IMG/VR virus record: IMGVR_UViG_3300032236_001416 | Location: 3,696 to 67,695 of that record | Strand: one strand, 5' to 3' | DNA: 64,000 nt | DNA from: a virus | Part shown: one piece after another, positions 20,146 through 31,400 of the stretch | How the letters are laid out: every line of letters begins with the position of its first letter | Numbering within the stretch: the first letter of the stretch is position 1 | Made by a program: the position numbers and the translations under genes | The notes under the pieces: model-generated | Database searches by the model: none | Seen by the model: the letters and a program-made list of their open reading frames with translations, nothing else | What the model was told of the DNA's origin: nothing

Positions 20146-23100
20146 GGTTTATTTAGTCCTTATCCTTGGATGATTGCAACTTGTACGTTTGCAGAATCAC
20201 CATCAAAACATATGTATCTCAACAACATTGATGATGTTCCAGGCAGAATTTTTGTTGTACTATTGTTGGTTGCATTTGTTTCTGTACATCCATGTGTAAA
20301 TGTTTTGTTTGTGTTATCTGTATTTGTCACCCAAACATCAACTTGTTTACCTGGGAAATAATTTGTAAATGAAATCGTTGCACCAATATTGTTGATTACT
20401 CTAATAACTGAATTTGCCGTGAAATCAATAACAACTGTTGATACATTTGTAAATGTACTTGGTGTACTTGAGAAACCTTTTTGTGCATACACTTGACCAG
20501 TTATTGTGACAGTATTGGAAGTGAATGTGGCAATTGATGTTCTTGTATTTGTTCCAATCGGTGTGGCAGACAATACAATACTAGCACCTCTGGTTGTATC
20601 GGTATAGTTTTCAATTGCGTAGATATCAACTGAAGCACCACCAGCATTTATTCCATAACCAGTTGTACCATATCCGTTACCAGAAAATCTGGCCAACATG
20701 TCACCGTTTTGTGCTGCTGTTGGATTCTGGTGTGTACCTCTTGCATGACGACCAATGAACGCTGCATAAGAACTTGTACCAGCAGAATCAACAACGAGTC
20801 TTGTTGGTACATTGTCTTTACCTGTTGCCTGTATTGTGTAACCATCAGATGTTGGTGGTTGTACATAGTATCCAGTAGAAGCAACAATATTAACTGCTGC
20901 AGAGTTAGCAATTGTTGTGGCAGTATTTACTCTGAAATAAGCTGCTGCAATATCATTAAACTCTGCTCTTTTTCCTGGTGCATTTGCAACTAGATTACCT
21001 GTAATTACGGTATCAGAAGCTTGTAATACAATATTACCTCTTGCACCAATCTGTTGAATAATTACATCTGCATTAGCATTAACACCATACATAGTTTGGT
21101 CTGAGAAACCTAGACCTGCTGTACCATTGAGTGGTGTACCTACTGGACCAAATTCAATCCATTGTGATGCTGAGTTAGAACTGATATACTTGTATTCGAT
21201 ACCACTAGATGAATCAATCCAAATATCATCTACATTAGGACTTGTTGGTGCTGTATCTTGTGAGTATACAGTCGCCTTGGAATTTGCTGAGGCAAATGCT
21301 GAGTTTGCTTGTGTGAATGCTGCATTAGCATATAATGCTGCTGAGTTAGCTATACCAAATGCAGAATTGGCGTATGAACCTGATGTGACAGCCTTAGAAT
21401 CTGCCGTATTTGCTGCTGTGAATGCCGAGTTAGCATAGTTTCCAGCAGTGACCGCTTTACCATCAGCAGTATTGGCTGTTAAGAAGGCAGAGTTAGCGTA
21501 TGAACCTGCTGTTACTGCTTTACCATCGGCTGTATTGGCTGCGGTGAATGCTGAGTTAGCATAAGAACCTGCTGTTACTGCTTTACCATCAGCAGTATTG
21601 GCTGCGGTAAATGCTGAGTTAGCATAATTTCCAGCAGTGACTGCCTTGCCGTCAGCTGTTGCTGCATTGGTAGTTGCTGTATTTGCTTGAGTGTATGCTG
21701 AATTAGCATATGAACCTGCTGTAACAGCTTTACCATCTGCTGTGGATGCATTGGTAGTTGCTGTATTTGCTTGTGTATAGGCAGAATTGGCATATAGACC
21801 AGCACTTAATGCTTTACTATCAGCAGTATTCGCTGCATTGAATGCTGAATTGGCTTCTAAGAAAGCACCATTGGCATATAATGATGCTGAATTAGCAGTA
21901 CCAAATGCTGAGTTAGCATATGAACCTGCTGTTACTGCTTTACCATCGGCTGTATTGGCTGCTAAGAAAGCGGCGTTAGCATAAAGCGCAGCAGAGTTAG
22001 CTGTACCAAAAGCAGAATTGGCGTATGTACCAGCCGTGACCGCTTTATCATCAGCAGTATTGGCTGCTAAGAAGGCCGAATTAGCATATGAACCAGCACT
22101 AACGGCTTTACTGTCTGCTGTATTAGCTGATGTGAAAGCTGAATTAGCATAACTTGCTGCAGAATTAGCAGTACCAAATGCAGAGTTTGCTTGTGTAAAG
22201 GCTGATGCTGAAGATGTTGATATTGAATTAGCAACATTAAATACAGAATTTGCTTGTACGAAGGCACCATTTGCATATAGTGCTGCAGAATTAGCAGTAC
22301 CAAATGCTGAGTTAGCATATGAACCAGCACTAACGGCTTTACTATCGGCCGTATTGGCTGCTGTGAAGGCAGAGTTAGCGTATGATGCAGCAGAATTTGC
22401 TTGGCCATAAGCAGAGTTAGCATAACTTGCTGCAGAATTAGCAGTACCAAATGCTGAGTTAGCATATGAACCTGCTGTTACTGCTTTACCATCAGCCGTA
22501 TTTGCTGCGGTGAAGGCTGAATTGGCATAACTTGATGCTGAGTTGGCAGTACCAAACGCTGCGTTAGCCTTTACAAATGCCGAGTTGGCATATGATGCAG
22601 CAGAGTTTGCTTGGCCAAATGATGCATTGGCCTGTAGGAAAGCACCATTAGCATATGAACCAGCACTAGTTGCTTTACTATCTGCTGTGTTAGCTGCTGT
22701 GAATGCTGAATTGGCATATGATGCAGCAGAATTTGCTTGGCCAAATGCAGAGTTAGCGTATGAACCTGCTGTTACTGCTTTACCATCAGCAGTATTGGCT
22801 GCGGTAAATGCTGAGTTAGCATAACTTGATGCTGAGTTAGCAGAATCAAAAGCAGAGTTAGCATATGAACCTGCTGTTACTGCTTTACCATCAGCAGTAT
22901 TAGCCGCTAAGAAAGCTGAGTTAGCATAAGATTCTGCTGATGAAGAGGCTATGTTACTATAATTTGTACCATCATTAGTAAATTGCCAAGATTTGTTTGC
23001 TTCACTCCACAGTAAAGAAGTATTTGTTTGACTACCACGATTGATTTCTATACCAGAATCTAATGTTGGTGTACCAGTTACATTGGAGTTTAATGTAATG

Positions 23101-24160
23101 ATATTATCTTCAACTCTTAAATTTTCAGTATTAGCATAGAAGGTTGTACCAGATACAGTTAAGTTTGCATTAATAACAACATCACCTGTGATTGTACCAC
23201 CAGATGAATTGAATTTACTATTGGCTGTTGAAAATGCTGAGTTAGCATATGAACCTGCTGAATTTGCTGCGGTGAAAGCTGAGTTAGCATATGAACCTGC
23301 TGAATTCGCTGCGGTGAATGCTGGTTCAATTTGTGGCGCAACATTATTTGCCGCTTCAAACGCTGCGTTTGCTTGTAAGAAAGCGGAGTTAGCATAACTT
23401 GCTGCTGAGTTGGCAGTACCAAATGCTGAGTTAGCATATGAACCAGTTGTATTTTGTGATTGATATGCTGCGTTTGCTTGTGTGTATAAACCAGATACTA
23501 ATCTTGATGTTGGTACTGTTGAAATACTTGTTGATGTAGTACTGTCACTTATTGAATTTGAAGATAGTATTTTTGAATATGCTGTAACTACATCACTATT
23601 AAATACATCATTAAATTCCCAACTCTTATTTGTTTCATTGAATCTGAGATAAGAATTGGCTGGAGTACCAGTAGGTGCACCATTAGCAGTTCTAAAACCA
23701 CCAAAATATATTGTTTGGTTTGGTGTTTCAGAACTTAAAACTAATGATGCTGTATTGTATATCTGTTGACCATTAACAACAAAATTTCCACCAACAGAGA
23801 AGTCGTGTATAGTTTCAATAGAATCAAATGAACCATGTCCTGTTACAGTCAATGATGAAAGTGTTTGAGCGCCACTTATAATATCATTTGCTATTAGATA
23901 TACTGTATTTGCTTGTACAAATGCCGCATTCGCATATGAACCAGCCGAATTAGCTGTTGTGAATGCCGCATTCGCATATGAACCAGCTGAATTTGCTGCT
24001 GTAAATGCCGAATTGGCATATGATGCAGCAGAGTTTGCTTGGCCAAATGATGCATTAGATTTTAAGAACGCTGAATTGGCATATGATGCAGCAGAGTTTG
24101 CTTGGCCAAATGATGCATTTGCTTGTGAAAAAGAAGCATTTGCTGTACCAGAAATTTGTT
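16590..24160 (-). repeat. Coding 21/42-nt Ala/Asn heptad repeat arrays shared by two fibre genes
   Basis: For example GCATATGAACCTGCTGTTACTGCTTTACCATC recurs near 17921, 21916, 22462 and 22861; related units at 33800-34210. Confidence 0.85.
20150..20157 (-). promoter_or_regulatory. T4-like late promoter ACTAAATA
   Basis: 4 nt upstream of ATG 20145. Confidence 0.6.
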
Positions 24161-24731
24161 TTATATCTAAAGTTGAACCATCAGAATTAACGACAGATAA
24201 AGAACCACCTGTATTACCTAATGTAATTCCGTCAATATTAATGGAACCTGGACCAACATATAAAGAATGCCAAACTTTGTCTATACTACCCAAATAATAA
24301 GTGTTACTTGTTGTTGGTATGACATTCGCCGTCATCAACAAGTCACCAGTCATTGTACCACCTGATTTAGGTACTGCGTTGTTTGCTACACCAAAGGCCG
24401 AGTTTGCCTGAATAAAGGAAGCATTTGATGTAATGAAGGCGGCATTAGCTTGAGTGAATGAACCATTAGCTTGTGTAAAAGAACTATTGGCCTGAATAAA
24501 AGAAGAATTTGCATAGGATCCAGCAGATGTTTCACCCGTTGTAGCTGTATTAGCGGCATCAAAAGCTGCCTGTGCAAAGTCTTGAGTTGCCAGATAATGA
24601 CCACCCTGCGTAACACCGTCTTGTAAAACAATCGTGTTTGCTTGGGTATCAGCAATAATTTCACCTACGGCTCCAGTAAACGCTGCAACTTGGGCCGTAT
24701 TACCTCTTCTGATTTGTAATTGTGTTGACAT
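20160..24731 (-). CDS. 1523-aa tail fibre with an Mtd_N-like N-terminus and long Ala/Asn coiled-coil repeats
   Basis: MSTQLQIRRGNT...GEI...DGVTQGG N-terminal domain; ANSAGSYANSAF / TADGKAVT repeats; C-terminal beta-rich domain. Confidence 0.8.
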   Translation of the reverse strand: MSTQLQIRRGNTAQVAAFTGAVGEIIADTQANTIVLQDGVTQGGHYLATQDFAQAAFDAANTATTGETSAGSYANSSFIQANSSFTQANGSFTQANAAFITSNASFIQANSAFGVANNAVPKSGGTMTGDLLMTANVIPTTSNTYYLGSIDKVWHSLYVGPGSINIDGITLGNTGGSLSVVNSDGSTLDIKQISGTANASFSQANASFGQANSAASYANSAFLKSNASFGQANSAASYANSAFTAANSAGSYANAAFTTANSAGSYANAAFVQANTVYLIANDIISGAQTLSSLTVTGHGSFDSIETIHDFSVGGNFVVNGQQIYNTASLVLSSETPNQTIYFGGFRTANGAPTGTPANSYLRFNETNKSWEFNDVFNSDVVTAYSKILSSNSISDSTTSTSISTVPTSRLVSGLYTQANAAYQSQNTTGSYANSAFGTANSAASYANSAFLQANAAFEAANNVAPQIEPAFTAANSAGSYANSAFTAANSAGSYANSAFSTANSKFNSSGGTITGDVVINANLTVSGTTFYANTENLRVEDNIITLNSNVTGTPTLDSGIEINRGSQTNTSLLWSEANKSWQFTNDGTNYSNIASSSAESYANSAFLAANTADGKAVTAGSYANSAFDSANSASSYANSAFTAANTADGKAVTAGSYANSAFGQANSAASYANSAFTAANTADSKATSAGSYANGAFLQANASFGQANSAASYANSAFVKANAAFGTANSASSYANSAFTAANTADGKAVTAGSYANSAFGTANSAASYANSAYGQANSAASYANSAFTAANTADSKAVSAGSYANSAFGTANSAALYANGAFVQANSVFNVANSISTSSASAFTQANSAFGTANSAASYANSAFTSANTADSKAVSAGSYANSAFLAANTADDKAVTAGTYANSAFGTANSAALYANAAFLAANTADGKAVTAGSYANSAFGTANSASLYANGAFLEANSAFNAANTADSKALSAGLYANSAYTQANTATTNASTADGKAVTAGSYANSAYTQANTATTNAATADGKAVTAGNYANSAFTAANTADGKAVTAGSYANSAFTAANTADGKAVTAGSYANSAFLTANTADGKAVTAGNYANSAFTAANTADSKAVTSGSYANSAFGIANSAALYANAAFTQANSAFASANSKATVYSQDTAPTSPNVDDIWIDSSSGIEYKYISSNSASQWIEFGPVGTPLNGTAGLGFSDQTMYGVNANADVIIQQIGARGNIVLQASDTVITGNLVANAPGKRAEFNDIAAAYFRVNTATTIANSAAVNIVASTGYYVQPPTSDGYTIQATGKDNVPTRLVVDSAGTSSYAAFIGRHARGTHQNPTAAQNGDMLARFSGNGYGTTGYGINAGGASVDIYAIENYTDTTRGASIVLSATPIGTNTRTSIATFTSNTVTITGQVYAQKGFSSTPSTFTNVSTVVIDFTANSVIRVINNIGATISFTNYFPGKQVDVWVTNTDNTNKTFTHGCTETNATNNSTTKILPGTSSMLLRYICFDGDSANVQVAIIQG

Positions 24732-24757
24732 GTATGAATAATCCGTATACTATTTTT

Positions 24758-24765
24758 TATTTATG
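24758..24765 (-). promoter_or_regulatory. T4-like late promoter CATAAATA for the 1523-aa fibre
   Basis: At the gene boundary, 26 nt before the ATG. Confidence 0.5.
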
Positions 24766-25183
24766 CTAATGCACCACAATCAAATGTGGCCGGTGGAACA
24801 ACGGCATCATAAATATAACCCAAATCGATAAAAGGAAACCCGCCACCACCAGATGCTGTGTTGGCCATAGCGTAAGCTGCATTCGCCTGAATGAAAGCGG
24901 CATTTGCCGTACCTCTTGCATAATCATCTATTGCAGACGTAACACCAGTATTTGCTTTATCGAAGGCTGCCTGAGCGAGTATGTATGCACTGGTATTTGC
25001 TTGTGAAATCCAACCTCTTTGACCTGGATTCTCACTATTATAAATTAAAATATCACCATTATTTGCCGTACCCAAATTTGGTTCGGCAGAACTTAAATCC
25101 AGAAATTCATATCTACTAGACGAAACATTAGCCGAGTCGGTAACACCTACTCTTCCACTAATTAGTCTTGATTTATTTGTCAT
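24761..25183 (-). CDS. Small fibre-associated adaptor protein
   Basis: Short AFxxAN repeats; ends IDLGYI...FDCGALA; lies within the fibre block. Confidence 0.55.
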   Translation of the reverse strand: MTNKSRLISGRVGVTDSANVSSSRYEFLDLSSAEPNLGTANNGDILIYNSENPGQRGWISQANTSAYILAQAAFDKANTGVTSAIDDYARGTANAAFIQANAAYAMANTASGGGGFPFIDLGYIYDAVVPPATFDCGALA

Positions 25184-25189
25184 GGTTTA

Positions 25190-25537
25190 TTACTGATTTG
25201 CTGTTTCTAGATATGACAATATTAATTGACATTGACCATCAGTAGTTCCGCTAGTGGCCTGTATACTGAATGTATCACCTGTTTGTAATATTAATTTACC
25301 AGTCAACAAAGATATCGAATCGTTTTTTGGTACTGCAGCATTTTGGATGATAGCGGTATTTGTAGAATCTCTAACATGATTTGCTGTAACATAAATTGTT
25401 TCTGTATCAGTTATATTGGCAACTTGAGCCAACAAAACAACTGTTGTGACACCAGCTGGAGTGGTATATACATTTTCCTCTGTTGTTAGAATGTCAAAAG
25501 TTGTTGTCTTAAATGTATTTAATGGAATTTGTGCCAT
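25190..25537 (-). CDS. Small beta-rich virion/fibre-associated protein
   Basis: VYTTPAG...VLL..VAN...GKLILQTGD pattern, common in T4-like fibre regions. Confidence 0.55.
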   Translation of the reverse strand: MAQIPLNTFKTTTFDILTTEENVYTTPAGVTTVVLLAQVANITDTETIYVTANHVRDSTNTAIIQNAAVPKNDSISLLTGKLILQTGDTFSIQATSGTTDGQCQLILSYLETANQ

Positions 25538-25541
25538 TTTA

Positions 25542-27413
25542 TTAACCTTCTAGTGCCAATATGTAAGGAGTCATTTCGGCAAAAAGACTCTTTGTAAATG
25601 TTCTTCCGGTAATCGTTGATGATTCTTGATTAATAGTTAAATCAGAAACAGTAAAATTACCACTTTGGTCTGTCGCTGTAGCATATACCGCACCTTCACC
25701 TATCACAACAATTTGATTCTCAGAATTTGCCACACCACCTAATCTAGGTATGGCATGTATATCTGTACCTGCACCAACATATTCAAATGTTTGGCCGGAT
25801 GCTCTCAATTGACTTTGTTGATAGAATGATACACTCGTTCCGTCAATAATAGAATTTGCAATTGGATTATTAAATGTTACTGTTGTGGTTCCGCCAGTAA
25901 GTGGTGTTGCTGATGACACAGGATAATATCTACCTGGTTCATCACCATCAATTAACATAATTAATCCCGTATACGGAATTGTTGCTGATATACCCAAATC
26001 AGTATTTGCTACAACATTATTTAGGTCTATTGTATAAGATTGTTGATTGGTTGTATTAGCAACTTCAGCAGTCATTGCTAACTTACCTTTACCATTAGCA
26101 ACTAATCCTTTGTTACCAAAATTAACATTACAGTTGCCCATAGACGCCGTACCACCTGATTCGGCCAAGAATCCTATGTCACAGAAGATACTATACATGG
26201 AAACTAACTGAGAGTAACCATCATTCAAAATGTGTATACCTATACCACCAGAATTGACCTGGGTAAATTGAGCAGATATCATACTCTTGTTACCTGTGGC
26301 CAAGTCGCCATCAACTTTGATGCCTGTTCCAGTAGTTGTTACAGATGAACTGTTGTAGATGTATGGACTTCCTGTGATGTAGGTAGAATATCTTTTGCTT
26401 GCCGATGCTGGTACATCTCTACGTGGAATCTTTAATTCAAATACAGAAAATGTATTTGGTGTCACAGACCATGGAACATCAAGTGTGGCAATATTTGTAG
26501 AACCATCATATGCAATAACATTAGACGTTTGGCCAGAACCTGCACCCGATATAATACTTATAGACATACTATTATAATAGTTGTCATATGGTTCTGGATC
26601 AATATTGACTAACGACAATGTATGTGATGTTGGTACAGCAAAGTTACCTGTAGCGATTACACGATTTGGAAAAGCGATTGCTGAACCTGTGTAACTTTGG
26701 AATTTAAATCCTGTGACATAACTATTATTATTCATCCAGAAGATATCATTTGCCGATGTTTGTGGTTGTATGATACACGTTCTTTCACCTGAACCTTGTA
26801 CTTGTACATTCTGTGGAATAATAATAGGTGTTTTCTCTACATAGGTTCCAGATGTTACAACCACGGCATCACCTGGACTTGCTGCTGCGATGGCCGCTCT
26901 GATGGTTGCCTTGGCAGAACCTGGTGTATCACCCACTAGGTCATCGTTACCATTAGTTGAAACATAATAGGTTTTACCTACAGGTGTGGAAGATATGTCA
27001 ACAACTTTACCATTACCTAATTGAATGAACATACGTCCATCGTTTAGATTGATTACGGGTTCACCAGGAGTTGTTGTATCAGCAGGTAACACATAACCTG
27101 CTGTATTGACATGACTCAGTATTGGTTGTGAGTCAAACTTGATGGTTTTTGTGGTAGTGTTGGCTGTGATATTAACATTGTTTCCGGGAACAATTGATAA
27201 TATATCTGTAGGAGAACTTGCCAGTATGAGAGAACCGTTGGCATTAACGGTTGCAAAAGAATCTTGGTTATAGATGTATGATAAACCATCCACACCATTT
27301 TTATAATACAGTCTTCCATCGGCATAGTTTAAAGCAACCTCACCATGAACTAAATCTACTGGTGTGTTACCTGATACGCCTGATTTCTTTAACTGTATTG
27401 ATGTGTTTGACAT
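25542..27413 (-). CDS. Tail spike-like protein: IQLKKS N-terminal domain plus pectin-lyase-like beta-helix
   Basis: MSNTSIQLKKS...GEVALNYADGRLY; YYVSTNGND...ATIRAA...GDAVVVTSGTYVE entry into a right-handed beta-helix. Confidence 0.65.
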   Translation of the reverse strand: MSNTSIQLKKSGVSGNTPVDLVHGEVALNYADGRLYYKNGVDGLSYIYNQDSFATVNANGSLILASSPTDILSIVPGNNVNITANTTTKTIKFDSQPILSHVNTAGYVLPADTTTPGEPVINLNDGRMFIQLGNGKVVDISSTPVGKTYYVSTNGNDDLVGDTPGSAKATIRAAIAAASPGDAVVVTSGTYVEKTPIIIPQNVQVQGSGERTCIIQPQTSANDIFWMNNNSYVTGFKFQSYTGSAIAFPNRVIATGNFAVPTSHTLSLVNIDPEPYDNYYNSMSISIISGAGSGQTSNVIAYDGSTNIATLDVPWSVTPNTFSVFELKIPRRDVPASASKRYSTYITGSPYIYNSSSVTTTGTGIKVDGDLATGNKSMISAQFTQVNSGGIGIHILNDGYSQLVSMYSIFCDIGFLAESGGTASMGNCNVNFGNKGLVANGKGKLAMTAEVANTTNQQSYTIDLNNVVANTDLGISATIPYTGLIMLIDGDEPGRYYPVSSATPLTGGTTTVTFNNPIANSIIDGTSVSFYQQSQLRASGQTFEYVGAGTDIHAIPRLGGVANSENQIVVIGEGAVYATATDQSGNFTVSDLTINQESSTITGRTFTKSLFAEMTPYILALEG

Positions 27414-27417
27414 TTAC

Positions 27418-28128
27418 TTAAAAACTTCCGCCGTCCCTTGTTTCGTCTGCAAAAAGAGTTGCCTCTGGTTCAACTGTAATCATTTTTTCAATATTACTTT
27501 TCTTTCGCTTCACAGGAGTAGTAGGAATAGTTTTCAAGGTTTCAATCTGAGAATTCAAATCATCAATCGTGGCGTTCTTTTCTTCAACCACTTTTTGAAG
27601 TTCAACCAATTGTGTTCTAAAAGTATCCATATGACCTAATTGATGTTTCAATTTATCATATTCGGTACGAATCAAACCTGCTTTGGTAATCTCATCTCTC
27701 AAACCAACAATAGTTTTATTCAATTGTTCTATTTCAGAATTTTTAACTGATTGAACCTGCTGTAATTGTTCCGTATTCTTCTTAATAAGTTCATTCACAT
27801 CATTATTTTTAGTCGCTTGAGTCTGAGAAACTTGTTGCCTTAATTTTTCTATTTCATTATTTTTAGAAGCCTGTAAATCAACAAGTTGTTTCTTTAAACT
27901 TTCAATCTCACCATTTTTTGCAGATTCTTTCTCAGATAAAGATTTCTCTTTCTCCAATTTTAAAGATTTGTTTTCATCCAATAATGTTTGGTAACCTTTA
28001 GAGACTTCTTCAAAAATTTCAGCATTGACCTTTGCGTTGGCTTTTAGTGAAAGGTTTTGAAGAATCTGGTCATTAAATGTGGATGTCAACAACTCAACAT
28101 AATATGTACTATACTTTTCCTGACTCAT
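27418..28128 (-). CDS. Coiled-coil protein ending in DGGSF
   Basis: Heptad-rich, repeated KNxEIExL; SD AGGAG; C-terminus RDGGSF. Confidence 0.65.
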   Translation of the reverse strand: MSQEKYSTYYVELLTSTFNDQILQNLSLKANAKVNAEIFEEVSKGYQTLLDENKSLKLEKEKSLSEKESAKNGEIESLKKQLVDLQASKNNEIEKLRQQVSQTQATKNNDVNELIKKNTEQLQQVQSVKNSEIEQLNKTIVGLRDEITKAGLIRTEYDKLKHQLGHMDTFRTQLVELQKVVEEKNATIDDLNSQIETLKTIPTTPVKRKKSNIEKMITVEPEATLFADETRDGGSF

Positions 28129-28169
28129 CTCAAACTCCTATTATTAATACATTATATATAATCTCTATT

Positions 28170-28394
28170 TTAAGCTTCTGGATCACTTAACGATGCTGTA
28201 ATTGCTCGAGATATTTTGTATTCATATTGTAAAATATTATCATCATCAGATTCACGGAGTGTTGCCTTCTGGCTTTCATAATCCGTTTTGATTGATTGCA
28301 TTGAAGATACAAACTCAGCAAAAGTAATCGAATTGTCTCTTAACTGAGACATTAAGTTTTCAGCCGATGTTGCTAATTGTTGTGCGGTTGCCAT
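28170..28394 (-). CDS. 74-aa helical protein with a SHOCT-like motif, paralog of 31582..31806
   Basis: SD AAGGA; LATSAENL...NSITFAEF..SMQS. Confidence 0.6.
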   Translation of the reverse strand: MATAQQLATSAENLMSQLRDNSITFAEFVSSMQSIKTDYESQKATLRESDDDNILQYEYKISRAITASLSDPEA

Positions 28395-28419
28395 TTTATT
28401 TTCCTTTTATTGTTGATAA

Positions 28420-31400
28420 TTAGAATGAACCACCATCCAATGCATAAGAATATCTAATTTCTTTTGTATCGGAGTTGAAGAACATCAAACCATCGTATGT
28501 ATTATCTTGTGTTTCTGTGTAACGAATTGGATTAACATAGAAACCAGCATAAGCAGGATTTAATCCACCAGTAAGAGTTAAATCGGCATTAAGTGCAATA
28601 CTTCCTGAAGCCTGATTAGTTTTACCAGCACGGACACCGATAGCGATTGCACCAGCACCTTGACTATTGTTACCAGCTTGGTCACCGATTGCAACAGAGT
28701 GTTGATTTTGTTGATAATTACCAGCGTTATAACCAATTGCAACAGATTTTAGTCCTTGGTCTGTATAACCAGTATAAGTACCAATTGCAACAGAGTCAGT
28801 AGATTGACCTGTATAAGCAGATTGATAACCAATTGCAACAGACCTTGCACTTTGATTTTGGCTACCAGCTGAATTACCAACTGCAACAGCATTTGCACGT
28901 TGATAATAACTACCAGCGTTGGAACCTAAAGCAACAGCGTAGTATCCTTGATATGTTTCACCAGCAGCATTACCGACTGCGGTAGCATAATTGCTTTGAT
29001 GGTCATAACCAGAGTTAATACCAACTGCAACAGCACTAGTGCCTTGATAAACTTGACCAGCATAAACACCCATAGCTGTTGAATATTCACCCTGATAGGT
29101 ACGACCAGCACGGCGACCAACAGCAACTGATTGATAACCTTGATGGTCATTACCAGCAGCAAAACCTACTGCAACAGAACTACCATCTTGGTTGTATTCA
29201 GCGGCAGCATGACCGATAGCAACAGAGTTTGTTCCTTGGTATGTATAACCAGCATTATAACCTACAGCAGTAGCAAAGTAGTTTTGATTTGAATTACCAG
29301 CACTATGACCGACTGCAACTGAATCATAATTCTGATTTAAATTACCAGCGCCTTCGCCGATTGCAACAGAACCACTATTTTGATTTGAACCAGCAGCATC
29401 AATACCGATTGCAACACGACCATAATTACTATTTCCATAATCTATATTGTTACCAAGTAGAACACTATTTGCTGAGCAAGCAAGTGCTGTACCCAAATCG
29501 GAATATATTGCACCTGTATCGGCCGAAACAGTCCATGTATGTGAACCGTTAGCAATTGAATTTCCTGTTGGTACCAAGTCACTAAATGCACCAAATGTGA
29601 TTTCGTGTGTAGCAACATTATAGAAGGCGATGTTTGCAGTTTCACCATAATTGAGTGAGTCAACAAACAAACCAGCTTCACCATCAGAGATGACTGTGCC
29701 GTTTGCTAATGTGATACCAGAGTTATTGATATTTACATCTGTATAAACAACTTCTTTGGTTGTTATATTGTAAGTAGTAACATTACCGCCGATTGCATTG
29801 TTAGCACGGATTGGATCAATATACAGACCAGCATCTTGACTACCATCCAATTCGTCACCAGAAGCATTCAGAACAATAGAATTGTCATGTTGATTATATT
29901 CACCTGCGTATTCACCGATTGCGATAGAGTTTGTACCTTGTTGGTAATTACCAGCGTAACGACCAATAGCAACTGCTTTAGTACTTTGTTCATATCCACC
30001 AGCAAATCTACCGATAGCAACGGCAGCTTGGCCTTGTGAAGTTTGACCAGCAGAAGCACCAATTGCAACAGCAACAGAACTTTGATTGTATTGACCAGCG
30101 TGATGGCCTAAAGCAGTACCTGCCCAACCTTGTGAAGTGTTACCTGCTTGGTCACCAACGGCAACTGCATAAGCGGATTGATTACCACCACCAGCAGAAT
30201 CACCAATCGCAACTGCGTGGTCGCCTTGATAATCTACACCAGCACCCCAACCCATGGCAACAGAGTAATCACCTTGAGATACACGACCTGCTCTACGACC
30301 AACGGCAACTGAATCCCAACCTTGTGTTTGTTGACCAGCCCAACGGCCGATAGCTACACCACTAAATGACTGGTTTGTTTCACCAGCACCAGCACCGATT
30401 GCAACTGCGGATAAATCTTGTTGATAGTTACCAGCATGTGCGCCAATAGAAACCGAGTTGCCTGATTGTTGATAGTTACCAGCAAGTTTACCGATAGCGA
30501 TAGCATTGTAATTTTGTGATTCATTACCAGCATAATAACCAACAGCAATTGCACTATCACCTTGATTAGTTTCACCGGCATATCTACCGAATGAATAATT
30601 ATTGAGTTCGTTATTAGCATTTAAAACTTTATCACCGTAGACACTCAAATAAATGTCTGTATCATTTACATCAGAGAATAAACCAGTTGTTGTATAGGTA
30701 TTAAAAGCGAAACCGCCTGTATAACCCATGTCAGCCGCATAGAACTGTTTAGCATACAACGTGGCGCCGTTGGCAGACAAAGCACTTTGTGTAATGATAT
30801 TAGATGTTAAGTTTTCTTGGTCACCCAGAGCAATATTATCAAACAGATAATAGTCTGATGTACCAGCATTACGAACCAAACCGGTTACAACTGTACCATC
30901 AGTACCCTCGTGTTTGCCGTAGAAACCGATATCAAGTACGTCACCAATTGTGTTATTAGCAGCAAGTTCGATTAACGAATCATCTGTTTGATTGATTTGT
31001 GATTGTACATACGTTGTGGTACCTTGAACAGTCAAGTTACCAGAAATTTGGACGTCTGTGTTGATATGTTGTGAATCGCCTTCTGTATTCGCTCGAACAA
31101 CAGTAGTATCAACATCAAAAATTACTTCATTACCACTAATTGTGGTTGTGATACCAGAACCACCATTGAAAGTAAGTGTGTCTGTTAACAGATTGATAGT
31201 GTTTGGACCACCAGAATCACCATCAACAGTCAGGTTTGTAACAAGACCTGTAAGAGCAGAACCATCACCAATAAAGTAAGCAGCAGTAACATTACCTGCG
31301 GCAAAGTCACCATTACCATCTCTGATTACTAGTGTGTCTGGTGTATTGGCGGATGATGCTTGGTCAATAATATTGGTATAGTATTCACCACCAATTTTAT

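Noticed and set aside
16890-23437. Alternative-frame and antisense ORFs (MLIQHTLKQ..., AELAYEPA...)
   Set aside because: Shadows of the repetitive Ala/Asn codon pattern; no RBS or independent motifs.
16590-24160. Regularly spaced DNA repeats suggesting a CRISPR array
   Set aside because: The repeats are in-frame coding units (multiples of 21 nt) with synonymous variation, no unique spacers and no cas genes.
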